From an uncultured Gemmatimonadales bacterium (lineage in GTDB: Bacteria > Gemmatimonadota > Gemmatimonadetes > Longimicrobiales > RSA9), in assembly GCA_963798085.1 (NCBI GenBank), contig CAWCRS010000007.1, forward strand, positions 1,216,001 through 1,280,000: a stretch of 64,000 bases of DNA, in the 5' to 3' direction. Each line of letters begins with the position of its first letter. Positions within the stretch are counted from its first letter, which is position 1. The position numbers and the translations under genes are program-made. The notes beneath the pieces were generated by a model. The model searched no databases and was not told the origin of the DNA. It saw only the letters and a list, made by a program, of their open reading frames with translations. This document shows, piece by piece, positions 41,108 through 51,675 of the stretch.

Positions 41108-42241
41108 GTGAAGGTGCCGCTGCTCGACCTGCGCGGACAGTACGCGCGGATCCGCGACGAAGTCGCCGCCGCCATGGCGCGGGTCGTGGAGTCGCAGCAC
41201 TTCATCCTGGGCAATGAAGTGCGCGCGTTCGAGGAGGAGATCGCCGCGTACTGCTCCCTGCCGCGCGCCATTGCCGTGTCCTCCGGAACCGACGCGCTGC
41301 TGGTGGCGCTGATGGCGCTGGGCGTCGGCCCCGGCAATGAGGTCGTGACCACACCGTTCTCCTTCTTTGCGACCGCCGGCGTCGTGGCCCGACTGGGCGC
41401 GCGCACGGTATTCGTCGACATCGAACCGGATTCCTTCAACATCAATGCGGCAGCACTGGGCGGCGCCATCACGAAGCAGACGCGCGCGGTTCTGCCCGTA
41501 CACCTGTACGGGCGCATGGCGGACATGGATGGCATCATGGCGGCGGCTGCGTTGGCGAACGTGCCTGTCGTGGAGGATGCGGCGCAGGCCATCGGCGCGG
41601 TCGATGCGCACGGTCGCATGGCCGGTACCACTGGCCTGTGCGGCTGCTTTTCGTTTTTCCCGACGAAGAACCTTGGTGCGTTCGGTGATGCCGGCCTGGT
41701 GGTCAGCGCTGACACCGCGTTTGCGCAGCGCGTCGAGCTGCTGCGCGTGCACGGAGGCGAGCGCCGCTACTACCATCGTATGGTGGGCGGCAATTTCCGC
41801 ATGGATGCACTGCAGGCCGCCGTGCTGCGCGCCAAGCTGCCGCACCTCGCGGCATGGACGGCGGCGCGGCGGGCCAATGCCGCGCGCTACCGCGCGCTGT
41901 TCGCTGCGGCCGGTCTCGAGGGCATGGTCAGCATTCCCGTGGATGTGCCCGGACACATCTACCACCAGTACGTGATCCGCGCGCAGCAGCGCGACGCACT
42001 GCGCGACTGGCTGGGGACGCAGGACATCGGCTCGGAAGTGTATTATCCATTGCCACTGCACCTGCAGGAATGCTTCGCCGATCTCGGCTACCGCGCCGGT
42101 GACTTTCCCGAATCGGAAAAGGCGGCGCAGGAAGTTCTCGCGCTCCCCATCTATCCCGAGCTGACCGGCGATCAGCTGGCATGGGTCGTCGACCGCATTG
42201 CCGCGTTCTACCACGGAGGCCGCGCCGGCGGGCTGCACTGA
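41108..42241 (+). CDS. DegT/DnrJ/EryC1/StrS aminotransferase
   Basis: SSGTDAL, PVHLYG, EDAAQA, SFFPTKNLG. Confidence 0.95.
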   Translation: MKVPLLDLRGQYARIRDEVAAAMARVVESQHFILGNEVRAFEEEIAAYCSLPRAIAVSSGTDALLVALMALGVGPGNEVVTTPFSFFATAGVVARLGARTVFVDIEPDSFNINAAALGGAITKQTRAVLPVHLYGRMADMDGIMAAAALANVPVVEDAAQAIGAVDAHGRMAGTTGLCGCFSFFPTKNLGAFGDAGLVVSADTAFAQRVELLRVHGGERRYYHRMVGGNFRMDALQAAVLRAKLPHLAAWTAARRANAARYRALFAAAGLEGMVSIPVDVPGHIYHQYVIRAQQRDALRDWLGTQDIGSEVYYPLPLHLQECFADLGYRAGDFPESEKAAQEVLALPIYPELTGDQLAWVVDRIAAFYHGGRAGGLH

Positions 42242-42248
42242 CGCCGCC

Positions 42249-42277
42249 TTTACAGTGTACGGCAGCATTCGTAGCTT
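42249..42277 (+). promoter_or_regulatory. Putative sigma70 promoter of aroF
   Basis: TTTACA-N17-TAGCTT. Confidence 0.5.
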
Positions 42278-42331
42278 CGTTGAAGACGGGACCGGTGCGG
42301 CGTCGGGCCGCACCCGACGAGAGCGGGGACC

Positions 42332-43393
42332 ATGCTGGTAGTGATGAGGCACGGCGCGCCGGAAGAGAGTGTCCGGCGCGTTGTCAATGTGATCCGGGAG
42401 ATGGGCTACCAGGCCCGTGCCATGCCCGGCAAACAGCGCACGGCCATCGGTCTCATCGGCAACAATGGCAAGGTGGACAGCGGCCGCCTGGAAGCGCTGC
42501 CCAATGTGCTGCAGATCATCCACGTCACACAGCCCTACAAGCAGGTCTCACGCGAGTGGCGTGCTGAAGCGACCACCATCGAGCTGGAGAACGGCACGCT
42601 CATTGGCGGCAATGAAGTCGTCGTCATGGCGGGTCCGTGCTCGGTGGAGTCGGAGGAGCAGATCCTCACGGTCGCGCTGCGGCTGCGTGAGGCCGGCGCC
42701 ACCGTGCTGCGCGGCGGCGCCTTCAAGCCGCGCACATCGCCCTACGCCTTCCAGGGACTGGGCATTGAAGGCCTCAAGCTGCTGGCGCTGGCGAGGGCGG
42801 AAAGCGGACTCGCCATCGTCACGGAAGCGCTGGAGCCGGAGATGGTCAATGTCGTGGCCGAGTACACGGACATCATCCAGATCGGTGCGCGCAACATGCA
42901 GAACTATCCGCTGCTGCGGCGGGCCGGACGCACCGGCAAGCCCATCCTGCTCAAGCGCGGCCTCGCCGCGACCATTAACGAGCTGTTATTGAGCGCGGAG
43001 TACGTGCTGGCGGAAGGCAATGACAAGGTGATGCTGTGCGAGCGCGGTGTGCGCGGCTTCGACAGCGAGCACACGCGCAATCTGCTGGACCTCAGCGCCA
43101 TTCCCGTGGTGCACGCGCTGTCGCACCTGCCCATCATCGCGGACCCGAGTCACGGCACGGGCGTGCGCGCCAAGGTCACACCCATGGCGAGGGCCGCGGT
43201 GGCAGCCGGCGCGGATGGGCTGCTCATCGAAGTGCACCCCAATCCCGACCGCGCGCTTTCCGATGGCGCACAGTCACTTTATCCCGCGCAGTTCGAAGAG
43301 CTGATGGCGCAGGTAGGCATCATTGCGGAGGCCATTGGGCGCAAGCTCACGCGCTCGCTCGATCAGCGACTCGCCGCACCCCAGCCGCATTGA
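42332..43393 (+). CDS. aroF: DAHP synthase type I-beta with N-terminal ACT-like domain
   Basis: [38 protein letters not shown]. Confidence 0.96.
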   Translation: MLVVMRHGAPEESVRRVVNVIREMGYQARAMPGKQRTAIGLIGNNGKVDSGRLEALPNVLQIIHVTQPYKQVSREWRAEATTIELENGTLIGGNEVVVMAGPCSVESEEQILTVALRLREAGATVLRGGAFKPRTSPYAFQGLGIEGLKLLALARAESGLAIVTEALEPEMVNVVAEYTDIIQIGARNMQNYPLLRRAGRTGKPILLKRGLAATINELLLSAEYVLAEGNDKVMLCERGVRGFDSEHTRNLLDLSAIPVVHALSHLPIIADPSHGTGVRAKVTPMARAAVAAGADGLLIEVHPNPDRALSDGAQSLYPAQFEELMAQVGIIAEAIGRKLTRSLDQRLAAPQPH

Positions 43394-43437
43394 GCACCGA
43401 ACCGGAACCGGCGGACACGTCGCGCGGCGTCGTCGCG

Positions 43438-43881
43438 CTATGTGAGCAGTCGTGTGTGCTCCACCATCGAGCAGCGGTCCTGCACCACGCGCATGCCGGC
43501 GCGCGCCAGCTGCTGCGCGACGTCATCGTTCCGGATCCCCAGCTGAAACCAGACCGCGGCCGGATGCGCGGCCAGCAGGTCATGCAGGTGCGGCGGTATG
43601 TCATGACTCCTGCGGAACACGACCACCAGGTCGATGGGCGGCGGCACCGCCACGAGTGAGCGGTACACGGGTTCGCCCAGAATCGTCGTGACGTCGGGGT
43701 AGTAGACGGGCACGGGAATCACGTGATAGCCAGCCTCCTGCAGATAATGCGGAACATAGAAGGCCGGCTTGCTCGCGCGGCTCTCGGGCTTGATGCCGAG
43801 AATGGCGACGCGATGGGCGGAACGCAGGATGTCCCGCATGCCCGCATCGTCTTCGATCAGGTTCGATTTCCACTCGTCCAT
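43438..43881 (-). CDS. CoA-binding protein (YccU-like)
   Basis: RVAILG, IDLVVVFRR, VWFQLGI, VVQDRC. Confidence 0.9.
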   Translation of the reverse strand: MDEWKSNLIEDDAGMRDILRSAHRVAILGIKPESRASKPAFYVPHYLQEAGYHVIPVPVYYPDVTTILGEPVYRSLVAVPPPIDLVVVFRRSHDIPPHLHDLLAAHPAAVWFQLGIRNDDVAQQLARAGMRVVQDRCSMVEHTRLLT

Positions 43882-43920
43882 GCGCCTCCGTGCGGACGCC
43901 GCCTGCACCGTGCAATCCGC

Positions 43921-43949
43921 TTGACCCGTATGTGTGGCTCGGCTACGTT
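43921..43949 (+). promoter_or_regulatory. Putative sigma70 promoter of the SRP RNA
   Basis: TTGACC-N17-TACGTT, about 10 nt before the RNA 5' stem. Confidence 0.65.
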
Positions 43950-43958
43950 AACGAGTGT

Positions 43959-44057
43959 TGCCCCAGGAACCGTAGGGCGCAAGCTCACGAACCCCGTCAG
44001 GACCCCGCAGGTAGCAGCGGTAAGTGCGGTGAGCGTCGCTACGGCACTCCTGGGGCA
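43959..44057 (+). ncRNA. ffs: Signal recognition particle RNA (4.5S type)
   Basis: Terminal stem TGCCCCAGGA/TCCTGGGGCA and domain IV GTCAGG-ACC-loop-GGT-AGCAGC. Lies just upstream of dnaX, as in many bacteria. Confidence 0.88.
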
Positions 44058-44153
44058 TTTGATTGGCCCCGTGCCCGATCGCGATTCGCGTGACGCCGCA
44101 CGTGTCGTCTGAAGGCAGGCCCGAAACCGCCGTCCGAAAAGCCAGCTCCCCAC

Positions 44154-45884
44154 ATGTCCGAGAGTCGCGCCGCACTGGCCCGCACCTACCGCCCTCGCCG
44201 CTTCAGCGAGATGGCGACGCAGGCGCACGTTTCGGAGACACTGCGCGCGGCCGTGGCGCGCGGCCGGGTCGGACACGCCTACCTGTTCTGCGGACCGCGC
44301 GGCGTCGGCAAGACGACCGCAGCACGCGTGCTGGCGATGGCGCTCAACTGCCCGAACCGCAAAGCCGACGGCGAACCCTGCGGTGTGTGCGAATCGTGCG
44401 AACGCATCTGGGCGGGGCGCACGTCGCTCGATGTGGTCGAGATCGATGCCGCGTCCAACCGCGGTGTCGATGACGCACGCGATCTGCGCGAGCGCGCCAT
44501 GTACGCGCCGACCGACGATAAGCGCTTCAAGGTCTACATCATCGATGAAGCGCACATGCTCACGCGCGAAGCATGGAACGCGCTGCTCAAGATTCTCGAG
44601 GAACCGCCGCCCCGTGTGATCTTCGTGTTTGCCACCACGGAGCCGCAGAAGATCATGCAGACGGCATCGCCCATTCTGTCGCGCTGCCAGCGCTTCGATT
44701 TCCGCCGCATCCCGGTGCCCGCCATCATCGAGCGCCTGCGTATCGTGCTCGAGATCGAGCACATCGAAGCCGACGATGATGCGCTGCTGCCACTGGCGCG
44801 CCGCGCCGATGGCGGGCTGCGCGACGCGCTCTCGCTGATGGACCAGGTGCTGTCTTTCGCCGAGGGGCGCGTGACGGAAGCGCACGTGCGCACAGTGCTG
44901 GGTCTGATCGGGGACGAACTCTATCTCGAGCTGTTCGCCATTCTCGCTGATCGCCGCTACGGCAATGTGTTCCGCTTCGTGCAGCGACTGCTCGATGAAG
45001 GGTACGACCTGACAGAGTTTTATCGCGGACTCGCCGATACCCTGCGCACACTGCTGGCCACGCGCTTCGATGGCCAGCCGGGCGAAGAAACGCGCGAGGA
45101 TCTGCGGCCGGCATTCGTCGAGATGGCCGCCCGTTTCGGCAGCGGTGATCTGCTGCGCATGCTCGCGCTCGTGGCGGAACTCGATGTAGAAGGTCGCTTC
45201 CGCAAGAGCGGCAATCCGCGCACCATGCTCGAGGCGCTGCTGCTGCGCTTCGCGTACCTCGATCGCACGGTGGCGATCGAGGAGCTGCTCACAGCAGCTG
45301 GCGCAGGCGACGACTCCGCCTCGGGAACGCCGCCGGCGGCGCCCGCGCAGGGAAGCGCCCGCCGCGCTTCGCCAGCGGCGCCGGGCCGGCCCGCGAATCC
45401 GGCTGGCAGCGCACCGCGCACGTTTCCGGATCGCGCACCCGAAGGCACGTCGGAGCGGCGTCCGGATCCCTCCCCTGTCGCCCGCCCGGCCGGCAACGAG
45501 AATGATGCGCAGAAGGCGTTCCGCCGCGTCGTCGAACAGAGGAAAGGAATTCCCAACGGCATCCTGATCTTCCTGCACACGGCCAGCGTCAGCCTCGAAG
45601 GCAATGATCGCTTCGTGCTGGAGTTGCCCGAGGGGCCCGGCCTCGAGAGGCTCAACGCGGACCACGCCGCGAGGCATGCACTGGAAAGCGCCCTGTCAGA
45701 GGAAATGGGCCGACCCCTGCGTCTCGAGGTGCGCGCGCCAGGGACTGGGGCCGACGACGCGCCGGCCCGGCCCGAGCGGCTGACGCCGGAACGCATTCGC
45801 AGTGACCAGCTTTCCCGGCTGACCCGCGCCGAGCCCATGCTGGGGCGCGCCGTGGAAGCCTGGGACCTCGAGCTGTTCGAGTAG
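44154..45884 (+). CDS. dnaX: DNA polymerase III subunit gamma/tau
   Basis: ALARTYRP, GPRGVGKTT, PCGVCESC, EIDAAS, IIDEAHML, SRCQRF. Confidence 0.97.
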   Translation: MSESRAALARTYRPRRFSEMATQAHVSETLRAAVARGRVGHAYLFCGPRGVGKTTAARVLAMALNCPNRKADGEPCGVCESCERIWAGRTSLDVVEIDAASNRGVDDARDLRERAMYAPTDDKRFKVYIIDEAHMLTREAWNALLKILEEPPPRVIFVFATTEPQKIMQTASPILSRCQRFDFRRIPVPAIIERLRIVLEIEHIEADDDALLPLARRADGGLRDALSLMDQVLSFAEGRVTEAHVRTVLGLIGDELYLELFAILADRRYGNVFRFVQRLLDEGYDLTEFYRGLADTLRTLLATRFDGQPGEETREDLRPAFVEMAARFGSGDLLRMLALVAELDVEGRFRKSGNPRTMLEALLLRFAYLDRTVAIEELLTAAGAGDDSASGTPPAAPAQGSARRASPAAPGRPANPAGSAPRTFPDRAPEGTSERRPDPSPVARPAGNENDAQKAFRRVVEQRKGIPNGILIFLHTASVSLEGNDRFVLELPEGPGLERLNADHAARHALESALSEEMGRPLRLEVRAPGTGADDAPARPERLTPERIRSDQLSRLTRAEPMLGRAVEAWDLELFE

Positions 45885-45938
45885 CCACGGCGCATTCTGC
45901 CATTCCACCGCACGATCGCAGCGCCCAGCTTGCACGTC

Positions 45939-46298
45939 ATGGGCGCATCTCATGCATTCGGCACGTGGTGCGAGAGCGTAGCGGCCCGCTACCTGGCCGG
46001 ACATGGCTGGCGCATCCGCGAGCGCAATTACCGCTTCGGCCATCGTGAGATCGACCTGGTCGTGCAGCGCGGCGGGATCGTGGCGTTCGTGGAAGTGAAA
46101 GGCAGGCGGGGCGCGGGCTACGGACACCCGCTGGAGGCGATCACGTGGCGCAAGCGGCGCGAAATCGAAAGGGTCGCCCGCCACTGGATCGCGCGACACG
46201 ACCGGCCGGGACTGGTCTACCGCTTTGACGCAATCGCGGTAGTGCCGGGCCTCGGCGGGCCGGCGGTGGAGCACGTGGCGGACGCCTGGCGGCTGTAG
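45939..46298 (+). CDS. YraN family (UPF0102) protein
   Basis: ERNYR..EIDLV..FVEVK, RFDAIAV. Confidence 0.9.
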   Translation: MGASHAFGTWCESVAARYLAGHGWRIRERNYRFGHREIDLVVQRGGIVAFVEVKGRRGAGYGHPLEAITWRKRREIERVARHWIARHDRPGLVYRFDAIAVVPGLGGPAVEHVADAWRL

Positions 46299-46469
46299 AA
46301 AGCATGGCGCGGCCACGGTGCTGACAGTAGCGTCAGCAGGCGCGGCGAGGGCGCCGGAACCCGCGGAAGGGCGGGGGTAGAATGAGCCTGCGGTGGTCCG
46401 CGGAGCTTGCCCGGCCGAAAGCGTGTGCCGTAGCTTCATGCTCCGCGAGAACCTGGCGATCAATTCCAC

Positions 46470-46793
46470 ATGACAAACCTCCAGCAGCTCCTCCAGATGG
46501 GCCAGCAGGTCCAGGCCCGGCTCTCACAACTGCAGACCGAACTCGGCAACCGGACGATCACCTGCTCCGCAGGCGGCGGCATGGTGACGGTGGCGGCGGA
46601 TGGACGGGGTCGGGTGCGGTCCATCAAGATCGATAAGGCCGTGGTCGATCCTGAGGACGTCGAGATGCTCGAAGACCTCGTACAAGCAGCGGTTTCCGAG
46701 GCACAACAGCGGGCCCAGCAGGTCTACGAAGAGGAGATGAAGAAGCTGGCCGGCGGCCTGCCCATCCCCTTCGGACTGCCCGGGTTTCCGTGA
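46470..46793 (+). CDS. ybaB: YbaB/EbfC nucleoid-associated protein
   Basis: SAGGGMVTV, DVEMLEDLV; lies between dnaX and recR. Confidence 0.95.
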   Translation: MTNLQQLLQMGQQVQARLSQLQTELGNRTITCSAGGGMVTVAADGRGRVRSIKIDKAVVDPEDVEMLEDLVQAAVSEAQQRAQQVYEEEMKKLAGGLPIPFGLPGFP

Positions 46794-47380
46794 GCGCAAT
46801 CGATGAACTGACGGGCGAGTTCGCTCGCCTGCCAGGCATCGGTCGCAAGACTGCGCTGCGTCTCACGTACTATCTGCTGAAAAGACCCCCGGAAGAGACC
46901 CGGCGACTGGCTCGAGCCCTCGTCAACGTGGCAGATCGCGTCCACGCGTGCTCGGTTTGCGGCAATCTCACGGAGACGGACCCGTGCGCACTGTGCGCGA
47001 GTTCGCGCCGCGATCGCTCACTGCTGTGCGTTGTGGAGGAAGCGTCCGATGTCGGCGCCATCGAGCGAACCGGCGCGTATCAGGGACTCTATCACGTGCT
47101 GGGCGGCCGGCTTTCGCCGCTGGAAGGTGTCGGGCCCGATGAACTGCGTGTTGCATCGCTGGCGCTGCGCGTTCGCGAGCAGGAAATACGCGAAGTGATC
47201 CTCGCGACCAACCCGAGCGTTGAAGGAGAGGCGACAGCAGTATACCTTCAGGGGCTGATTCAGCCTTTGGGGGCACGGGTCACTCGCCTTGCGCGCGGCA
47301 TGCCCGTGGGCAGCGACCTCGAATACACGGATGGCGTCACCATCGCCGAAGCCCTGGCCGGGCGGCGGGAGATCGGATAG
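46790..47380 (+). CDS. recR: Recombination protein RecR
   Basis: LPGIGRKTA, C4 zinc finger, YHVLGG, ATNPSVEGEATA. Confidence 0.98.
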   Translation: MSAIDELTGEFARLPGIGRKTALRLTYYLLKRPPEETRRLARALVNVADRVHACSVCGNLTETDPCALCASSRRDRSLLCVVEEASDVGAIERTGAYQGLYHVLGGRLSPLEGVGPDELRVASLALRVREQEIREVILATNPSVEGEATAVYLQGLIQPLGARVTRLARGMPVGSDLEYTDGVTIAEALAGRREIG

Positions 47381-47387
47381 CGAGCGG

Positions 47388-47708
47388 ATGCGGCGGGGAC
47401 GGATCCTCAGAATCGCGGGTGTCGTGGTGATGGTTGCGGGTGCACTGGCCGGCTTGAGTGCACTCGTCGTCCGCGATCAGATCACGCGCCACCGCCGCGA
47501 CCTGTTCAGTCCGAGCGCGCGACAGCGCCTGGCGGCGCTCGGCTACATTGCCGGACTCACGGCCTCGGTCGAACTGGTTCACCTGCTGCGCGATTTCATC
47601 GCGTGGGAGCCGCGCAGTCTGCTGCGGCGACGTGCCCTGCAGATCGTCGAGCGCATGGAGCGCCAGCTCCAGCACAGTGCGGGTCCGCGCGCCGAGATCG
47701 CCGGATGA
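47388..47708 (+). CDS. Small protein with N-terminal TM helix and HEAT-like helices
   Basis: MRRGRILR + hydrophobic helix + RQRLAALGY...LLRRRALQIV. Stop overlaps the mglB start (ATGA). Confidence 0.7.
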   Translation: MRRGRILRIAGVVVMVAGALAGLSALVVRDQITRHRRDLFSPSARQRLAALGYIAGLTASVELVHLLRDFIAWEPRSLLRRRALQIVERMERQLQHSAGPRAEIAG

Positions 47709-48202
47709 AGCGTGCCGAACCGATTGCATCGATCGGCGCGACGGATCTCGAGCACATCCAATCGCTCCTCACGTCGTACCTGAGGGAGACCCACGCACAG
47801 TGCACGGCGCTGGTCGATCACACGGGCCGGCTGCTGGCCGTGGTGGGCGACACGGGTGGCTTCGACCAGCTCGCGTTCGCTTCCCTCGCCGCCGCTGACT
47901 TTGCCGCGGGCGATCAGCTGGCGGCGCTGCTGGGTGAAACAGAATTCGCCTCGCTTTACCATCACGGTGAGCGGGAATCCATGTACCTTGCCGACGTGAA
48001 CGGAGCCGCCATACTCGTGGCCTTGTTCAATCGGCGAACCACACTGGGAATGGTGCGAATCAAGACGAAAGGTGCCGTGCTGCGGCTGGGTGTGCTGTTC
48101 CGTGAACTCGCCGAGCGCGGGCCAACAGGCGCCGTCGTGCAGATGGAAGTAGGCTGGGCCGAGGATGTAGAGAACGAGATCGACCGCCTTTTTACCGAGT
48201 AG
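47705..48202 (+). CDS. mglB: MglB roadblock/LC7 GTPase-activating protein
   Basis: [26 protein letters not shown] and C-terminal EIDRLF helix; directly upstream of mglA. Confidence 0.9.
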   Translation: MKRAEPIASIGATDLEHIQSLLTSYLRETHAQCTALVDHTGRLLAVVGDTGGFDQLAFASLAAADFAAGDQLAALLGETEFASLYHHGERESMYLADVNGAAILVALFNRRTTLGMVRIKTKGAVLRLGVLFRELAERGPTGAVVQMEVGWAEDVENEIDRLFTE

Positions 48203-48209
48203 GTGGCCG

Positions 48210-48791
48210 ATGTCAATGATCAACTACGCCAGTCGCGAGATCAACTGCAAACTCGTTTACTACGGCCCGGGCCTGGGCGGGAAAACCACTAACCTCGAGT
48301 ACATTTACGGCAAGATCAATCCGGACACGCGCGGCAAACTGATCTCGCTGGCGACAGAGCAGGAACGCACGCTGTTCTTCGACTTCCTGCCCGTCGACCT
48401 GGGATCCATCCGCGGCTTCAAGACGCGCTTCCACCTCTACACGGTGCCCGGTCAGGTGTACTACAACGCCAGCCGCCGCCTCATCCTGAAGGGCGTGGAT
48501 GGCATTGTGTTCGTCTCCGATTCGCAGGCCGAGCGCATGGACGCCAACATCGCGGCCATGGAGAACCTGTACGAGAATCTCGCAGATTACGGCTACGATC
48601 CGCGCCAGGTGCCGATCGCCGTGCAGTACAACAAGCGCGACCTGCCCACGGCCGTGCCGATTGAGGAAATGCGCGCGCACCTCAATCCCACGACGCAGCT
48701 TCCCGAATTCCAGGCGGTGGCCATTGCCGGTCGCGGCGTCTTCGATACGTTGAAAGCGATAAGCAAGCTGGTCCTGAAGTCCCTCTCCTGA
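48210..48791 (+). CDS. mglA: MglA Ras-like GTPase
   Basis: [44 protein letters not shown]. Confidence 0.96.
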   Translation: MSMINYASREINCKLVYYGPGLGGKTTNLEYIYGKINPDTRGKLISLATEQERTLFFDFLPVDLGSIRGFKTRFHLYTVPGQVYYNASRRLILKGVDGIVFVSDSQAERMDANIAAMENLYENLADYGYDPRQVPIAVQYNKRDLPTAVPIEEMRAHLNPTTQLPEFQAVAIAGRGVFDTLKAISKLVLKSLS

Positions 48792-48800
48792 GGCTACCCG

Positions 48801-49442
48801 GTGCTTCGTCGCAGCACCCTGCCCAACGCGATCACCGTAGGGCGGATCATCCTGACGCCCGTGATAATGCTGCTGCTGTTCGCGCCCAGTTTTTCTGCGC
48901 GCTTCATCGCATGGCTGCTTTTCCTCGTGGCCGCTTTCTCCGACCTGTGGGATGGCTGGCTCGCCCGGAAACACGGCTGGATCTCTGATTTCGGCAAACT
49001 CGTCGACCCCATCGCGGACAAGCTGCTGCTGGTCGCTACGTTCATCCCATTCTACGTGCTGTCGCACGAAGCCTCACCCATTACGCGGCTGCCGCTGCTG
49101 CGCACCCTGCCGCTGGGCGTAGTGCTGCTCGTGTTCGGCCGCGAAGCACTGGTTACGCTGATCCGCTCGCTGGCCGCGCGACAGGGGCACGTCATGCCCG
49201 CGGGCAAGGCGGGCAAGATGAAGGCGCTCTTCCAGAACATCTTCATTGGAACGACGATCCTGTGGTATGCGCTGCGCACGGTCGCGGCGCGCGACGGATG
49301 GAGCGGCGCATTCTGGGACGGCTGGCAGATCTTCCACGGTACCGTGCTGCTCGTCACGCTCACGATTGCGGTGTGGCTGACGCTCTACTCGATGGGCGTC
49401 TACCTCTGGCAGTGGCGACGCGTGGTCCGCTCCGTGGTATGA
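48801..49442 (+). CDS. pgsA: CDP-diacylglycerol--glycerol-3-phosphate 3-phosphatidyltransferase
   Basis: LPNAITVGR, SDLWDGWLAR..FGKLVDPIADK; pgsA-cinA order. Confidence 0.88.
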   Translation: MLRRSTLPNAITVGRIILTPVIMLLLFAPSFSARFIAWLLFLVAAFSDLWDGWLARKHGWISDFGKLVDPIADKLLLVATFIPFYVLSHEASPITRLPLLRTLPLGVVLLVFGREALVTLIRSLAARQGHVMPAGKAGKMKALFQNIFIGTTILWYALRTVAARDGWSGAFWDGWQIFHGTVLLVTLTIAVWLTLYSMGVYLWQWRRVVRSVV

Positions 49443-50708
49443 CGCCCCGGCGGGCCGCGATCGAAATCGTCGCGATCGGTGACGAGCTGCTGCTCGGCGA
49501 CACCATCGACACCAACGGTGCATGGCTGGGCCAGCGCCTCGCCGGCGAAGGCATTGTGGTCAGCCGGCGCACCATTACAGGCGACAACGATGCTTCGATC
49601 CGCGACGCGGTTTCCGCCGCGCTGCAGCGCACGTCCGCCGTCGTCTGCTGCGGCGGTCTCGGTCCCACACCCGACGATCGCACCCGGCCGGTGATCGCGG
49701 CACTCTACGACTGGCCGCTCGCCGTCGACGAAGCATGGGTGGAGACGATACGCCAGCGCTTCGAAGCGCGCGGCATGACCATGCCGCAGGTGAACCGCGT
49801 GCAGGCTGAAGTGCCGCGCGGCGCCACGCTGCTCGCGAATGCGGTGGGTACCGCGCCGGGACTGCTGCTCGATGACGAAGCGCACGGCCTGACCATCCTC
49901 CTGCCGGGCGTACCCGGTGAATTGCGCTGGCTGACAGAGCATCACGTGATTCCGCAGCTGCTGCAGCGGTTGCCGCGGGCGCGCGGACGCGTGCTGCGGC
50001 GGGTGCTGCGTACGACGGGCATCGCGGAATCCGCACTGTCGGAGCGCATCCAGGATGTGGCCAGCGATCTCGCACCGCTGACACTCGCGTTCCTGCCCAT
50101 GGGCACGGGCATTGATCTGCGTGTAACGAGCTGGGGCGATCTGGATGAGGATGCAGCGAACGCCGCACTGGATCGCGCGGCGGCGGCGCTGCGCGAACGA
50201 CTGGGCCGCATCGTGTACGCGGAAGCGGACCAGGACATGGCGGCCGTGGTGGGCAATGCGCTGCGTGTGCGCGGTCTCACCGTTGCACTGGCGGAGAGCT
50301 GCACGGGTGGACTCGTGGCCAAACGGCTCACGGACATCGCCGGTTCCTCCGACTACGTGCTGGCCGGCATTGCGACGTATGCGAATGCTGCGAAAACGAA
50401 GCTGCTCGGTGTTCCCGAAGCCACACTGCGCGAACATGGAGCGGTCAGTGAGGCGACGGCCGCGGCAATGCTCGCGGGTGTGCGCCGCGTCACCGGTGCC
50501 GATTGCGCCATCTCGATCACGGGCGTAGCCGGGCCTGGCGGCGGCACACCGGAGAAGCCCGTGGGCACGGTGTGGGTGGGCACGGCAGTACGCGAGCGGA
50601 CGAAGGTTCGACTGCTCCGGCTGTTCGGTACGCGCATGGAGATTCGCGAGCGCGCGGCACAGCTGTCGCTCAAGAATGCTGCTCGACCTGCTGGCAGAGG
50701 AAGAATGA
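49439..50708 (+). CDS. cinA: Competence/damage-inducible protein CinA (extra A at ~50675 creates an apparent fusion to the next gene)
   Basis: IGDELLLG..DTN, GGLGPTPDD, LPGVPGE, AESCTGG, ITGVAGPGGG. Removing one A gives ...LKMLLDLLAEEE-stop at 50708, overlapping the next ATG. Confidence 0.92.
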
Positions 50709-51559
50709 ACGCGGTTCAGGTCCATGCCGGCGAAGGTTCGCTGCGTTCGACGGGCGGGCTGATGCTGCACTACCACACGTGGGAAGTGCCGGCAGCACGC
50801 GCGGCCCTGCTGGTGGTACCGGGACTGTCCGACCACGGTCGCCGCTACGCTCGCGTCGGACAGTGGATGGCGGCGCACGACATATCGACGTTCGCGCTGG
50901 ACACACGCGGCAATGGCATGTCCGATGGCCGGCGAGGCCACGTGTCTTCGTTCAGTGTGTTCCTCCAGGACCTCAATCGCTTCCGCCGTGAAGTGCAGGG
51001 TCTGATCGATCCGGGAACGCCCGCCTTCCTGCTGGGCCACTCGATGGGCGGGCTGATGGCACTGCGTTATCTGCAGGAGTACGGCGCCAGCACGTTCGCC
51101 GGCGCGATCCTCGTCTCGCCGTGGCTGGGCACCGCCATGCGCGCGCCCGCCTGGAAAGTGCGCCTCGCCACGACCCTGTCGAAGGTGCTGCCGGCCGCGC
51201 CCTTCCGTGCGCACATTCCGCCGAAGCACCTGTGCCGCGACGCGGAAGTGGTGCGCGCATGGGAGAACGATCCGGCATCGCACGACCGTATCACCCCGCG
51301 ACTGTTCGTCGAGGCCACTACCGGGATGCGACTTGCGTTCCAGCAGGTCGATCGGCTGAACGGTCCGCTGCTCTTCATGCTGGCAGGAGATGATCGCGTC
51401 GCCGACACACGGCAGGCCCTGGCTCTTGCCCGGGCCGTGCCCGACGGGAACGCGACCATCCGAGTCTACGAGGGTTACTACCACGAGGTGCTGTTCGAGC
51501 CGCACGGCGGGGACGCCATGCGCGACCTGGCTGGCTGGCTCGGCAGCAGAATCGACTGA
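50705..51559 (+). CDS. Alpha/beta hydrolase (lysophospholipase/monoglyceride lipase-like)
   Basis: GHSMGG nucleophile elbow, AGDDRVAD, YHEVL. Confidence 0.9.
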   Translation: MNAVQVHAGEGSLRSTGGLMLHYHTWEVPAARAALLVVPGLSDHGRRYARVGQWMAAHDISTFALDTRGNGMSDGRRGHVSSFSVFLQDLNRFRREVQGLIDPGTPAFLLGHSMGGLMALRYLQEYGASTFAGAILVSPWLGTAMRAPAWKVRLATTLSKVLPAAPFRAHIPPKHLCRDAEVVRAWENDPASHDRITPRLFVEATTGMRLAFQQVDRLNGPLLFMLAGDDRVADTRQALALARAVPDGNATIRVYEGYYHEVLFEPHGGDAMRDLAGWLGSRID

Positions 51560-51675
51560 CTGCCGCGCCAACGGCCCGACAAGGTACGCGAAAATGGCAG
51601 TCCTGCTTGGCCCCCCGCTTGCACTGGAACGGGGGTTCCGCTGACTTTTGCAGGCAGTCCCACGGGAGGGGAAGC

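Noticed and set aside
49262..51559. 765-aa CinA-lysophospholipase fusion in the ORF track
   Set aside because: One extra A at ~50675 (AAG-A-ATG) explains it. Correction restores a normal CinA end with an ATGA overlap to the hydrolase.
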